The notes below the pieces were generated by a model. The model ran no database searches and had not been told where the DNA came from. It worked only from the letters and a program-made list of their open reading frames with translations. This document shows, piece by piece, positions 1-9,769 of a stretch of DNA of 33,198 bases. Position 1 is the stretch's first letter; every line of letters starts with the position of its first letter. Source of the stretch: Deltaproteobacteria bacterium. Its GTDB lineage: Bacteria > Desulfobacterota > GWC2-55-46 > DRQE01. The DNA lies in assembly GCA_030631875.1 (NCBI GenBank), contig DAOVKH010000001.1, positions 1-33,198 of the forward strand, in the 5' to 3' direction. The position numbers were made by a program, and so were the translations under genes.

Positions 1-93
1 AGCCTTAAATCGAGCCGACTGCCCGGAGACATGCAGATGACGAGCCTCGTACTGGATCTTTGCAAGAAGAGGCAGGTAAGAAGAGCCGGCTAA

Positions 94-130
94 GAAAAAT
101 AAAACGCCACCTTACGAGAGTAAGGGGGCG
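94..130 (-). terminator. Rho-independent terminator downstream of rpsT
   Basis: Hairpin CGCCACCTTAC-GAGA-GTAAGGGGGCG at 105-130 with one mismatch. Read on the minus strand it is followed by TTTTATTTTTC (104-94). Confidence 0.7.
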
Positions 131-166
131 CGCATAGTCTTTGGTCGATATTCTTTATCTAAGCGT

Positions 167-436
167 CTACTTTGTAGCGATTGCGTTTACGGCACTTGCC
201 AGGCGCGAGACCTTGCGAGAGGCGTTGTTTCTGTGAAGCGTGCCCTTTGTTACCGCACCGTCAAATAACGAGGTTGCCTGCTTCAAGAACTCGGCGGCCT
301 CTGTAGCGTTGCCGGACTCTGTGGCGGTGCGAACCTTCTTGGTTGCGGTCTTTAGAGCTGATTTAATAGCGACATTCTTTGTCTGTTTCCTAAGGCTCTG
401 AGTGTGTCGCTTAATAGCTGAACGATGGTTTGCCAA
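167..436 (-). CDS. rpsT: 30S ribosomal protein S20
   Basis: 89 aa basic protein. The N-terminus MANHRSAIKRHTQSLRKQ matches the S20 signature (E. coli MANIKSAKKRAIQSEK), and the length is typical. Confidence 0.92.
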   Translation of the reverse strand: MANHRSAIKRHTQSLRKQTKNVAIKSALKTATKKVRTATESGNATEAAEFLKQATSLFDGAVTKGTLHRNNASRKVSRLASAVNAIATK

Positions 437-673
437 TGTTATTTCCTCCGGTAAAATTCCGTCATCTTAGGTTAACTCTGACGGACTCGTTTTTAGTGTT
501 ATCTGTTCCCCGTACATGACGTGGTGATTTAATCTAATATATTATTGACTTTTGAGGCGATTGTCAAGTATTTTATCTATTGACGGCTTTATAGAGAGTA
601 ATACATACCAAGGCGAGGTTCTATTATATCTGAAACAAGGAAAATAACCGGTGCGGCGACCCTCGTCGGTGCC

Positions 674-2212
674 ATGACCTTCATTAGCCGAATCCTCGGC
701 TATGTGCGTGATGCCGTCATAGCGGCAATATTCGGCGCGGGTCTCTCGGCAGATGCCTTCTTCGTGGCTTTTCGGATATCTAACCTCTTCAGGAGGCTTC
801 TTGGTGAGGGAGCTCTTACGAGTTCTTTTATACCCGTCTACACGGACGTCCTTCACGAACGTTCGCCCGAAGAGGCGCGCCGCTTTGTATCGAGCGTATT
901 CATCATAGCCCTCATAGTGCTCACCCTGATAACCATTCCGTGCATTATATTCTCTGCGGAGATAGTGGCCTTCATGGCACCGGGGTTTGTAGATGCACCT
1001 GACGGCAAATTTGCCCTGACCGTAACGCTAACGCAGTGGATGTTTCCGTTCATGGTATTTGTAGGCCTTATGGCTGTGGCTATGGGGGTATTACACAGCT
1101 TCAGGCACTTTACCATGCCTGCGATAGCTCCCGTGCTCCTGAATATATCTATAATAGCCTCGGCACTCTTACTTCGCGGGTACTTTCCGTCAGCGGTATA
1201 TGCGCTGGCCGTCGGTGTTCTGGTCGGAGGTCTGCTTCAGCTTCTTATTCAATTGCCCTTTCTTCGCAGGTACGGAATGTTTCCGACCTTTTGCTTTAAT
1301 ATAAAAGACCCCGCAATAAAGAGGATATTCCTGCTGATGGGGCCTGCCATAGTCGGTGTGGGCGTATATCAGCTGAATATATTCATAACCCTGCGCTTTG
1401 CCTCGCACCTGGCAGAGGGGAGTATCGCGTACCTCTACTATGGCTCAAGGTTGATGGAATTGCCGCTGGGGATATTTGTCGTCTCTTTGGCAACGGTCAT
1501 ATTGCCGAGCCTTTCGTCGGACGTTACAAAGAAGGATTTTGTATCCTTTAAGCGTTCTCTCTCGCACGCCATGAGGCTCGTGAACTTCGTATGCATTCCG
1601 GCGACGGTCGGGTTGATCATACTTGCCTACCCAATAGTAGACGTACTCTTCCTTAGGGGGGCTTTCGGCGCAGGAGATGCCCGTGAGACGGCTTACGTCC
1701 TATACTTCTTTGCCGCCGGTATCGTGCCCATAGCCCTCTCAAGGATATTCATATCGGTATACTACTCGCTTAAGGATACAAAGACGCCTGTCGTCATAGC
1801 TGTGGTATGTGTGGTAGTGAACCTCATCGGATGTATGCTTCTTATAGGTCCGCTCGGCCACGGCGGACTTGCTTTGGCAACGACCATTGCCGCCACCGCG
1901 AACTTTATAATGCTGGCGATGGTGCTTAAAGCAAGAGTAAGTGCCGTTGACTTTATATCGGTCGTATCGGCGAGTGCTAAGTCTCTCTTAGCGGCAATTA
2001 TTATGGGTGTTGTCTTATATGTAGCCTTGAATCTTATAGGTTGGCCAGATAGCGGGATATTCTTAAAGGCGGGCCTTATAGCAGTGTTCGTATGCGGCGG
2101 TGCACTATTGTATTTTATGCTCTCAATCCTCTTTAAAATCAAGGAAAGCGCAGTTATAAAGGCTATAGTAGTGGAAAAGTTCTCATCCAAAAGGTTTAGA
2201 AAAGAGCTCTAA
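674..2212 (+). CDS. murJ: Lipid II flippase MurJ (MviN family)
   Basis: 512 aa polytopic membrane protein. SRILGYVRDAVIAAIFGAGLSADAFFVAFRISNLFRRLLGEGALTSSFIPVY aligns with the conserved MurJ N-terminus. Homology seems to continue upstream of ATG 674, so the true start may be a non-canonical codon near 623-626 (see findings). Confidence 0.9.
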   Translation: MTFISRILGYVRDAVIAAIFGAGLSADAFFVAFRISNLFRRLLGEGALTSSFIPVYTDVLHERSPEEARRFVSSVFIIALIVLTLITIPCIIFSAEIVAFMAPGFVDAPDGKFALTVTLTQWMFPFMVFVGLMAVAMGVLHSFRHFTMPAIAPVLLNISIIASALLLRGYFPSAVYALAVGVLVGGLLQLLIQLPFLRRYGMFPTFCFNIKDPAIKRIFLLMGPAIVGVGVYQLNIFITLRFASHLAEGSIAYLYYGSRLMELPLGIFVVSLATVILPSLSSDVTKKDFVSFKRSLSHAMRLVNFVCIPATVGLIILAYPIVDVLFLRGAFGAGDARETAYVLYFFAAGIVPIALSRIFISVYYSLKDTKTPVVIAVVCVVVNLIGCMLLIGPLGHGGLALATTIAATANFIMLAMVLKARVSAVDFISVVSASAKSLLAAIIMGVVLYVALNLIGWPDSGIFLKAGLIAVFVCGGALLYFMLSILFKIKESAVIKAIVVEKFSSKRFRKEL

Positions 2213-2390
2213 ATGAAAAAAGGGCTAAAAGGCTGTAACTCTTTGAATTTAAAGGTGAATCGTCTGGTTAAAAAATAGGCAATCTGCCTGTGCCCTTGTA
2301 AGGACGGCAGTTAAGGTCTTTGCAGAGGTACTCTTTTAAACACTTTATCCACAGTCTCTGGGGACATCTCTTTAACCTTGTGTAATACCA

Positions 2391-3194
2391 TCATTTTTTC
2401 TTTCGCTCTTCTTCTTTTGCTCTCTCCCAAAGCTCTTCCATCTCTTCTATCGATGTTTCATCGAGGCTTCTTTTATCGTTTATAATCGTTCGTTCTATGT
2501 AGTGAAAGCGGTCTATAAACTTTCGAGTTGTTCTTCTAAGTGCTCTTTCCGGGTCAACCCTTACAAAGCGGCTTACATTTACAAGTGTAAAGAGTATGTC
2601 GCCCATCTCTTCTTCGATACCGTCTTGATCGTTCTCAATTAAAGAGACCTTGAACTCCTCTATCTCTTCAAAGACTTTATCCATTGCCTGCTCGGCTTCT
2701 TTCCAGTCAAAGCCGGTCTTTGCTACCTTCTTACTGACCTTCATTGCCCTAAGGAGCGAGGGCAGTGCCTCAGGTATGCCGTCCAAGAGGCCGCTTCGAG
2801 TCGAGGCGTTGGCTTCACTCTTTTTTATGGCATCCCAGTTCTTGAGTACTTCTTCGGAGTCCTTTGCCTCTGAGTCAGAGAATACATGTGGGTGGCGGCG
2901 CGTCATCTTTTCGATGATGCCGTCGATGACATCCGATATATCGAATGAGCCTTCCTCCTCTGCCAGACGTGCCAGGAATATGACCTGAAATAATAGATCC
3001 CCAAGCTCGTCCTTTAGGTCGTTCGTAGGGGTGCCCTTGGAGGTCTCGATGGCCTCTACTACCTCGTATGCCTCTTCTATGACGTATGGCGTGAGGCTAT
3101 CGATGGTCTGCTCTCTATCCCAGGGGCATCCCTCCGGGGAGCGAAGCGTCGCCATTAAATCGATTAGTTTATGGAAGTTTTTGTCTTTATTCAT
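2391..3194 (-). CDS. mazG: Nucleoside triphosphate pyrophosphohydrolase MazG (tandem MazG domains)
   Basis: 267 aa. LRSPEGCPWDREQTIDSLTPYVIEEAYEVVEAIE and the second-repeat EELGDxLF-type motifs (EEMGDILFTLVN) are characteristic of MazG. Confidence 0.9.
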   Translation of the reverse strand: MNKDKNFHKLIDLMATLRSPEGCPWDREQTIDSLTPYVIEEAYEVVEAIETSKGTPTNDLKDELGDLLFQVIFLARLAEEEGSFDISDVIDGIIEKMTRRHPHVFSDSEAKDSEEVLKNWDAIKKSEANASTRSGLLDGIPEALPSLLRAMKVSKKVAKTGFDWKEAEQAMDKVFEEIEEFKVSLIENDQDGIEEEMGDILFTLVNVSRFVRVDPERALRRTTRKFIDRFHYIERTIINDKRSLDETSIEEMEELWERAKEEERKKK

Positions 3195-3306
3195 ATGGAG
3201 TTAGAGGGTAAAGCTCTCAATGAGTATGGCCTTAATTGCTGTAGGCAAACTGCTTCAGTTAGGGGGCATATCCTCTATCTTTTAGGGGGATATAGACGCC
3301 TGGCAG

Positions 3307-3537
3307 TTATTCGTCGCCGAGGGATTCCATCATGCGCTGGCGTTCTTCGGAGGCATCGACTTGTTTCTGTGCCGAGTCCTTTACGTGAAGAGCCGTGCCG
3401 ATGTACTTATCTACGGATTCGCGCGCCGAGTCTCCCCGTGGGTCAATCTTACTCTCCTCAGAGCCATTGCCGCAGGCTACTACGGTGAGTGTTAAAGAGG
3501 CGAGTAGGATCACGGTTGTCAGTATTTTCTTCTTCAT
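3307..3537 (-). CDS. Small putative lipoprotein, function unknown
   Basis: 76 aa. Signal peptide MKKKILTTVILLASLTLTVVAC with a lipobox-like VVAC, followed by a hydrophilic mature part. Confidence 0.55.
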   Translation of the reverse strand: MKKKILTTVILLASLTLTVVACGNGSEESKIDPRGDSARESVDKYIGTALHVKDSAQKQVDASEERQRMMESLGDE

Positions 3538-3798
3538 AAGGTATAGTTTGACACATACTTATCTCAAAATCAAATAAAGATATTGTCCTATTCGGTAAAG
3601 TCTTTGCTATGGTATAAATAGTTAGAATATAAGGAAATAAGAGATTGACGATGGGGGCTTATATGGTAAGATTAATAAGGTAATATGCTAATTTTACGTT
3701 TTTCTCTATTGGGTAGGGGCTTCTATCTATTTAAGGCGTGCGTAGAGTAAACTGTTCATAAGAATAATTAACCACATAGGATATTCTAATAAGATATT

Positions 3799-5190
3799 AT
3801 GGGTAATGACGCATTAAGAAGTCTGCCTTCGGTAGATAGTGTGCTCAACGAGCTTGCTGTGAGCGAAGGTGAAGATTGCTTGGCTTCGCAGGTAAAGTCG
3901 GCGATGGTTAGAGAGCTCTTGGATGAACTTCGTAAGGTTCTTTCGGGCGGCGCGGGAGCGTCGATAGATATATCCCTTACATCTGTGGCAGAAGAGGCCG
4001 CTCGGCGTGTGAAAGCCTTTGGAGAGTTAGGCCTTGAGAGGGTCGTCAATGCGTCGGGCACGGTACTCCATACAAACCTCGGAAGAGCCGTCTTAAGTCA
4101 AGAGGCTATTGAGGCGATGAGTTTTGCGGCAAGCGGTGGTGTGGATCTGGAGTTCGATACGGCCCTTGGGCAAAGAGGTGAGAGAGATGCACGCACCGAA
4201 GAGCTTCTCTGCCACCTTACTGGAGCCGAGGCGGCATGCGTTGTGGGCAATAACGCAGGTGCTGTTCTTATAACACTTAACGCTCTTGCCGAGGGCAAAG
4301 AGGTGCTCATATCCCGTGGCGAGCTCGTTGAGATAGGCGGTTCATTTCGTCTGCCCGATGTCATAGAAAAGAGCGGGTGCGTTATGCGAGAGGTAGGCAC
4401 CACCAACAGAACTCATCCAAAAGATTATAGGGATGCCGTTACACCTGATACGGCTATTATATTCAAGGCTCATAAGAGTAATTACGAGGTCGTGGGCTTT
4501 ACCTCTGAGGTCGACCTTCCCGAACTTGTTGGTATTGGACGCGAGAATGCCTTGCCTGTAGTGGAAGACCTCGGTAGCGGGGCGTTAATAGATATGTCGA
4601 CGTACGGCCTTCCTAAAGAACCCGTAGTAGCAGAACGTATAAAGGCGGGAGCCGATATAGTTACCTTTAGCGGAGATAAGCTCCTTGGAGGGCCTCAGGC
4701 CGGCATCATAGTCGGGAGGAAGGTCTTTGTAGACAGAATAAGAAAGAACCCGTTGAAGCGCGCACTAAGAGCCGGTAAGCTCACCCTCTCTGCCCTTGAG
4801 GCAACGCTTAGGCTCTACCTTAAGCCGAATGAGGTGTTGAGAGAGAGGCTTCCGACACTGCGATACCTCTCAAGAGATATTGAAGAGATAGGGGCATTGG
4901 CCATAGAGGGGGCAGAGCTTCTGAGCCGTGCCCTTGGAAAAGATTATAAAGTTAAGGTCATAGACGGCGAGTCGCAGATAGGGAGCGGCTCTCAGCCTAT
5001 GGCGAGGCTTAAGAGCAAGCTCGTATCGGTAACGCATAAAGAAGGGCGCGACGCGTCATTTATATTCAAGGCGTTCCTTAAGGCCAAGCCGGCGGTGCTT
5101 GGCAGGGTGAAGGACGATTCTTTTCTGCTCGATATGAGAACCATAGATAAGGCCTCCGATATTGTGCCGTCGGGTTTTCTGGGTAAATAG
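3799..5190 (+). CDS. selA: L-seryl-tRNA(Sec) selenium transferase SelA
   Basis: 463 aa, the same length as E. coli SelA. It has the N-terminal LRSLPSVDSVL motif, NASGTVLHTNLGRA, and the FSGDKLLGGPQAGIIVG PLP-lysine region. Confidence 0.92.
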   Translation: MGNDALRSLPSVDSVLNELAVSEGEDCLASQVKSAMVRELLDELRKVLSGGAGASIDISLTSVAEEAARRVKAFGELGLERVVNASGTVLHTNLGRAVLSQEAIEAMSFAASGGVDLEFDTALGQRGERDARTEELLCHLTGAEAACVVGNNAGAVLITLNALAEGKEVLISRGELVEIGGSFRLPDVIEKSGCVMREVGTTNRTHPKDYRDAVTPDTAIIFKAHKSNYEVVGFTSEVDLPELVGIGRENALPVVEDLGSGALIDMSTYGLPKEPVVAERIKAGADIVTFSGDKLLGGPQAGIIVGRKVFVDRIRKNPLKRALRAGKLTLSALEATLRLYLKPNEVLRERLPTLRYLSRDIEEIGALAIEGAELLSRALGKDYKVKVIDGESQIGSGSQPMARLKSKLVSVTHKEGRDASFIFKAFLKAKPAVLGRVKDDSFLLDMRTIDKASDIVPSGFLGK

Positions 5191-5218
5191 AAGATGTTTT
5201 TGAAATGAAAGAATTACT

Positions 5219-8200
5219 ATGAGAGAGAAAAAATTTACATTATTGCAGAAGGCCATCATAGCGCTGATTATAATACTTCTGCCTATAGCCGTGACCTTCT
5301 TAAGAGGTTATTATCAGAATAAAGAGCATTTAGTCAGTAATATGTTGCGCGACATGACCTTTGTGGCAGAGGCCTACGAGGGGCAAGTCTACCTGTTCCT
5401 TGAGATGACGACACGACGCGCCGAGGATTTTTCGAGTGACGGCTTCATAAGAGACGGACTCGCTAAGATTGTTAAAGGAGATAGTGCGGCGGCCGCCGCA
5501 GTAAGTGATCATCTAATACGCAATAAGAAGACCCTCGATAAGACCATACATGACATATATGTTACAGCTCTCGACGGTGTGGTTATATCGTCGACAGAAC
5601 CAAGAGCCATTGGTTCTGATATCTCTTCAATGGATTACTTTAAGGAAGGGCGTACCGGAAATTCTATCGTTGAGACTCTTGACATCCACGGTATGCCTGC
5701 CATAGCCGCATCCGTTCCATTGACCGACAGAAAAACAGGAGAGCCGATAGGGGTTCTCACCAATTTTATCCTACTTACAGAACTAAATAAACTCTTGACC
5801 GGAGATATGATTCTCGAATACGGAGCCTTGACTCAGCATGAGGGTAAGCGTCAGACCTTCGACGCTTACCTCGTTAACAAGGAGAAGTTCTTCATAACGG
5901 AGTCTAACCAGATAGACGACCCTCCGGTTGATTATATGGTCGATACAAACCCCGTCAGGGCTTGCCTTGAAGGTTCAGTTGAGGTTACCGACGTATATGT
6001 AGGTCTTGCCGGCAAGGAGGTCATAGGTGCTTCCATGTGTCTGCCGCAATTCGGATGGACGCTCCTGCTTGAGATGGATGCTTATGTTGAGACGGCCTCC
6101 ATACGTGTGATGTTTCGCGATGCCGTTATAACAGGCCTTATTGTCATAGGGCTTATCGGGTGGCTCTTCTTCCTATTCCTCAGGAATATTATCAGGCCTC
6201 TGGAGACTATAGCCAATGCCGCCGAGATGGTTGGTAGAGGGGATTACGATATTCATATCCCTGTGCGTACTACAGACGAGATAGGTGTCCTTGCCTACAC
6301 CATCAACGATATGGCTAAGGATATAGGCGAGAGCACGAAGGCTCTTATAGAGAGTGAGGCGAGGCTTTCGGATGCGCAGAGGATAGCTCACTTCGGTAAT
6401 TGGTATTGGGATATAAAAAGTAATGAGCTCCTTTGGTCTGATGAGATATACAGGATATTCGGTTACGAACCGCACGAATTTATAGGCACATATGAAAGAT
6501 TTATGAGCAGTGTGCATTCCGATGATAGAGCATTAGTGAAGAGTGCCGTAGAGAAGAGCTTGAGCGAGCAGGTGCCCTACAGTATCGACCATAGGATAAT
6601 CTGTGAAGACGGCACCGAGCGTATCGTCCATGAAGAAGGTGAAGCGGTATTTGACGAGGCCGGTAAGCCTGAGTCCATGCTCGGTACGGTACAGGATATA
6701 ACCGATAGAAGGAGAGCCGAGTATGAGATGAAGAAGCTCTCCACGATAATAGACAATAGCATAAATGCCGTATTTATAACCGACAGGAATGGTGTCATAG
6801 AGTATGTTAATCCTGTATTTGAAAGCCTTACCGGCTATAGTTTCTCTGAAGCCGAAGGCAAGAACCCTTCGATACTTTCTTCAGGCGAGACCCCTGCCTC
6901 TGAGTACGAAGATCTATGGAATACGATACTCAGCGGCAGGACATGGCGCGGAGTATTTAAGAATAGAAAGAAGGGCGGAGACAACTATTGGGCAAGCGGT
7001 ATCATTACGCCGATTAAGGACGATAGCGGAGAGGTTACTCACTTCCTTGCCGTACAGGAGGACGTAACCGAGCGCATGCAGTCTGAAGAGGTTATGGAGT
7101 ATATGGCTCACCATGATGAGTTGACGGGACTCTATAATCGTTTTAGGTTTATAAATATGGTTGGCAGTTGGATAGAAAAGTTAGAGGAAGAAGGCGGGAA
7201 GAAGGCCGTCATGCTTTTGCTCGATGTAGATCAATTCAAGATGATAAATAATACTTACGGCCACGGTCTTGGCGATGAGTTGTTGGCTCGTATCGGAGTC
7301 TTACTTGAAGAGACGGTCAGCAGTGTTGAGAGCACTATGATTATCAGTGATGACGCTTCGGATAGTTCTATCCTTTCACGCCTTAGCGGTGACGAGTTCG
7401 CTATATTCCTGCCGACACTTGACGAGGCCGCAGCAAAGAAGGCCGCGGAAATATTCAGGAAGGCTGTAGAAGAGTTTACTCCGCGAGAGGTCTCCGAGCA
7501 CTTTACGGCGAGCATAGGAATATCTCTATATCCCGACCACGGTGTGAACGTAAGGCAATTGATATCCAGGGCCGATGCTTCTATGTTTAGGGCAAAGGAG
7601 CTGGGTAGGAATAGGTGCCACCTCTACAGCCCTGATGATAGAATAGTTGAAGAGATGCAGTCCAGGCTTAAGTGGAAGGAACGCGTCATAGAGGCCATGG
7701 AGAAAGACCGCCTTGAGCCGTGGTTTCAGCCGATACTGAACTTCGAAACGGGAGAGATTACCCACTACGAGGCACTTGCCAGAATGTATGGAGACGAAGG
7801 CGAGATTATACTTCCGGGTAAGTTCATAGAGGTGGCCGAGAGGTTTGGTCTTATCAGTGAGTTAAATCAGATTATAATAGAGAAGGCTGTGAGGTCGCTC
7901 AAGAAGATCAATGAGACAGACCCGCAGATGAAGTTTGCTATTAACCTGTCGGGACGATTAATAGGCGATGAAGATGTCTTTATCTTCTTAGAGAAACTTA
8001 TAAAAGAAACAGCTGTAGATCCGAAGAATATTATCTTTGAGATAACAGAGACCGCGGCGGTAAGGGATCTCACAAAGGCCGCGGCCTTTGTCGATCGACT
8101 GAAAGAGATTGGCTGTAGCTTCGCCCTCGATGATTTTGGCGTAGGCTTTACTTCGTTCTTATATTTGCGTGATTTAAATGTCGACTACATAAAGATAGAC

Positions 8201-8428
8201 GGTTCTTTTATCAGAAAACTTCATACCAACGATAAGGACCAGCTCTTTGTTAAGGCATTGGCCGATATCGCGCGAGGGATGAAGATAAAGACCATCGCTG
8301 AGTTCGTTGAAAATGAAGAGATACTTGAGATACTGAGGTACTTAGGTGTGGACTATGCTCAGGGTTACTTCGTCGGAAGGCCTGCTCCGTTTAAGGATAT
8401 TAAGATCGTGAGAGGCAAACTCTCTTGA
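5219..8428 (+). CDS. Membrane sensor with Cache-like periplasmic domain, HAMP, two PAS, GGDEF (SGDEF variant) and EAL domains (c-di-GMP turnover)
   Basis: 1069 aa. An N-terminal TM and a second TM (LIVIGLIGWLFFLFL) flank a roughly 280 aa extracytoplasmic domain. Other motifs: HAMP (RPLETIANAAEMVGRGDYD), PAS (FGNWYWDIKSNELLWSDEIYRIFGY; INAVFITDRNGVIEYVNPVFESLTGY), HHDELTGLYNR...LSGDEFAIF, and EAL motifs (YEALARM, DDFGVGFTS, QGYFVGRP). Confidence 0.9.
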   Translation: MREKKFTLLQKAIIALIIILLPIAVTFLRGYYQNKEHLVSNMLRDMTFVAEAYEGQVYLFLEMTTRRAEDFSSDGFIRDGLAKIVKGDSAAAAAVSDHLIRNKKTLDKTIHDIYVTALDGVVISSTEPRAIGSDISSMDYFKEGRTGNSIVETLDIHGMPAIAASVPLTDRKTGEPIGVLTNFILLTELNKLLTGDMILEYGALTQHEGKRQTFDAYLVNKEKFFITESNQIDDPPVDYMVDTNPVRACLEGSVEVTDVYVGLAGKEVIGASMCLPQFGWTLLLEMDAYVETASIRVMFRDAVITGLIVIGLIGWLFFLFLRNIIRPLETIANAAEMVGRGDYDIHIPVRTTDEIGVLAYTINDMAKDIGESTKALIESEARLSDAQRIAHFGNWYWDIKSNELLWSDEIYRIFGYEPHEFIGTYERFMSSVHSDDRALVKSAVEKSLSEQVPYSIDHRIICEDGTERIVHEEGEAVFDEAGKPESMLGTVQDITDRRRAEYEMKKLSTIIDNSINAVFITDRNGVIEYVNPVFESLTGYSFSEAEGKNPSILSSGETPASEYEDLWNTILSGRTWRGVFKNRKKGGDNYWASGIITPIKDDSGEVTHFLAVQEDVTERMQSEEVMEYMAHHDELTGLYNRFRFINMVGSWIEKLEEEGGKKAVMLLLDVDQFKMINNTYGHGLGDELLARIGVLLEETVSSVESTMIISDDASDSSILSRLSGDEFAIFLPTLDEAAAKKAAEIFRKAVEEFTPREVSEHFTASIGISLYPDHGVNVRQLISRADASMFRAKELGRNRCHLYSPDDRIVEEMQSRLKWKERVIEAMEKDRLEPWFQPILNFETGEITHYEALARMYGDEGEIILPGKFIEVAERFGLISELNQIIIEKAVRSLKKINETDPQMKFAINLSGRLIGDEDVFIFLEKLIKETAVDPKNIIFEITETAAVRDLTKAAAFVDRLKEIGCSFALDDFGVGFTSFLYLRDLNVDYIKIDGSFIRKLHTNDKDQLFVKALADIARGMKIKTIAEFVENEEILEILRYLGVDYAQGYFVGRPAPFKDIKIVRGKLS

Positions 8429-8450
8429 ATGCTACAGCGGTGACGTCTCG

Positions 8451-9377
8451 GTGTTGATCTATGAAAAAAAATCAGCACTCTTCTTTTTTATAGCGGTCAC
8501 TTTTATTCTATTTGGTGCTTACGCGCATAGTGCGTCTGCGGCCGGTGGTCTTGAGCCTGAGAAGCTTCCCTTGGCTAAAGAAGAAACCTTGAAGCCGAGC
8601 GCAGCCCTGAATGAAAAAGCCAAGACCTTTAAGTCCATAGGCGAGAGGTTTGATGGGGAAGAGTTAGACTTTAAGATAAGTTTTTGGATATTCAGTAGTG
8701 TCGCGCGCGGTCACTTGACCATGGAGAAAGAGAGCGAAGGAATATATGTTGTAACCTTTTCGGCTAAGACCACCGGTGTTGCCAGATGGCTGCGTAAGAG
8801 GAAGGATAAATACATAGAGAGGATCGAAGAGCTTGATGGCGGACGCAGGTTCAGAACCCTCAGTCTCGAAGAACACTCTAAGATAGGTTCGAAGAAGAGA
8901 AAGACCATCACTACAATAGACCATAAAGAAGGGGTTATGAGCTGGACGAAGTGGAAGAACGATAAATTTCGAAAGACCGAGTCACTTGTAATACCTGAAG
9001 GGCGAAATTACGACGGCCCATTTACGGCGTTTTATAATTTTCGTTACGGCGCGTACGGCGATATCACTCACGATAAAGAGTATCTCGTAAAGACATTCCC
9101 TAAGCACCAAGACGATGAGTTGGATATTTATATACGACTCCTCAACGCAGGGGATTCGGCAAAGCGCATTAAGAAGTGGCGTATAAAAGAAGCCGACGCG
9201 GAAGGCGGTTATATGTCCGCAATAAAACTCGATAAAGAATTATTCGATTCCAAGTCAGGGGACATAGATATGTTCTTTAATTCCGAGATGATTCCCGTTA
9301 AATCGGTTGCCAAGGATATAATGCTATTCGGTGATGTCAGAGCCGAGTTCGTGCCGGCAAATGAATCTAAAGATTAA
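8451..9377 (+). CDS. Secreted hypothetical protein, DUF3108-like
   Basis: 308 aa with a GTG/TTG start and signal peptide ALFFFIAVTFILFGAYAHSASA. The pattern ELDFKISFWIFSSVARGHLTMEKE...YVVTFSAKTTG resembles DUF3108 beta-rich proteins. The family call is from memory only. Confidence 0.5.
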   Translation: MLIYEKKSALFFFIAVTFILFGAYAHSASAAGGLEPEKLPLAKEETLKPSAALNEKAKTFKSIGERFDGEELDFKISFWIFSSVARGHLTMEKESEGIYVVTFSAKTTGVARWLRKRKDKYIERIEELDGGRRFRTLSLEEHSKIGSKKRKTITTIDHKEGVMSWTKWKNDKFRKTESLVIPEGRNYDGPFTAFYNFRYGAYGDITHDKEYLVKTFPKHQDDELDIYIRLLNAGDSAKRIKKWRIKEADAEGGYMSAIKLDKELFDSKSGDIDMFFNSEMIPVKSVAKDIMLFGDVRAEFVPANESKD

Positions 9378-9486
9378 TCCTTCTTGCCGTCCCCGATAGT
9401 CCTTGCCTATCACCACTCCTAAAGTTACTCCCCGCGTTACTGTGAACACACCTTTACTTAAGGTATTCGAGTATTAATAAAAGTGC

Positions 9487-9515
9487 TTGACAAGCACATA
9501 AATCTATTGTATATT
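9487..9515 (+). promoter_or_regulatory. Near-consensus sigma70-type promoter at the left end of the phage-like cluster, overlapped by a 15-bp perfect palindrome
   Basis: TTGACA (9487-9492), a 17 nt spacer, then TATATT (9510-9515). The palindrome GTGCTTG-A-CAAGCAC (9483-9497) covers the -35. The first downstream ORF starts about 250 nt later. Confidence 0.6.
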
Positions 9516-9769
9516 ACGAGTCACCTTTCGTTAAATAGCCCTTCTAATACACCCTTACTGTTACGTTAGCTTGTATAGTACGATATTCCTTTGTCGTTAT
9601 GGGCGGCTAAGGCGTATGTATTGGATTTCTCAGGGATTTTTCATTTAGCGACGGCATCCATATTACCGTGGTTTTTTAGGTTATCTTTAAGAGGAGGGAG
9701 GGCGGCCGGCCTTTTTGTGTGCATAATACGCACACCTATACTACAACAATATGATGGAGGTATCTTAGA

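Noticed and set aside
1-93. An open frame running from the window edge to TAA 91-93 (…DLCKKRQVRRAG), possibly the 3' end of a + strand gene convergent with rpsT.
   Set aside because: Only 30 codons are visible and nothing is recognisable, so a gene call cannot be supported.
3538-5190. tRNA-Sec (selC) or an in-frame-TGA selenoprotein gene near selA.
   Set aside because: The 260-nt region upstream of selA is AT-rich with no cloverleaf-capable GC-rich segment. No pair of same-frame ORFs separated by a single TGA was seen in the window.
853-8073. Antisense or off-frame ORFs within the left-block host genes (murJ, mazG, selA and the sensor), e.g. 1762..2190(-), 2650..2988(+), 3786..4061(-), 4098..4406(-), 6173..6517(-) and 7255..7515(-). 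The same applies in the right block to 28099..28347(+), 29455..29838(+), 30535..31020(+) and 31739..32113(+).
   Set aside because: Each overlaps a confidently identified conserved gene on the other strand or in another frame, and has no recognisable motif or ribosome-binding site.
9699-9716. GGCGGCCGGCC followed by TTTTT in the leader as an intrinsic terminator.
   Set aside because: The GC segment is a self-complementary 8-mer that cannot form a stable stem-loop of useful length. It is treated as unassigned leader sequence.
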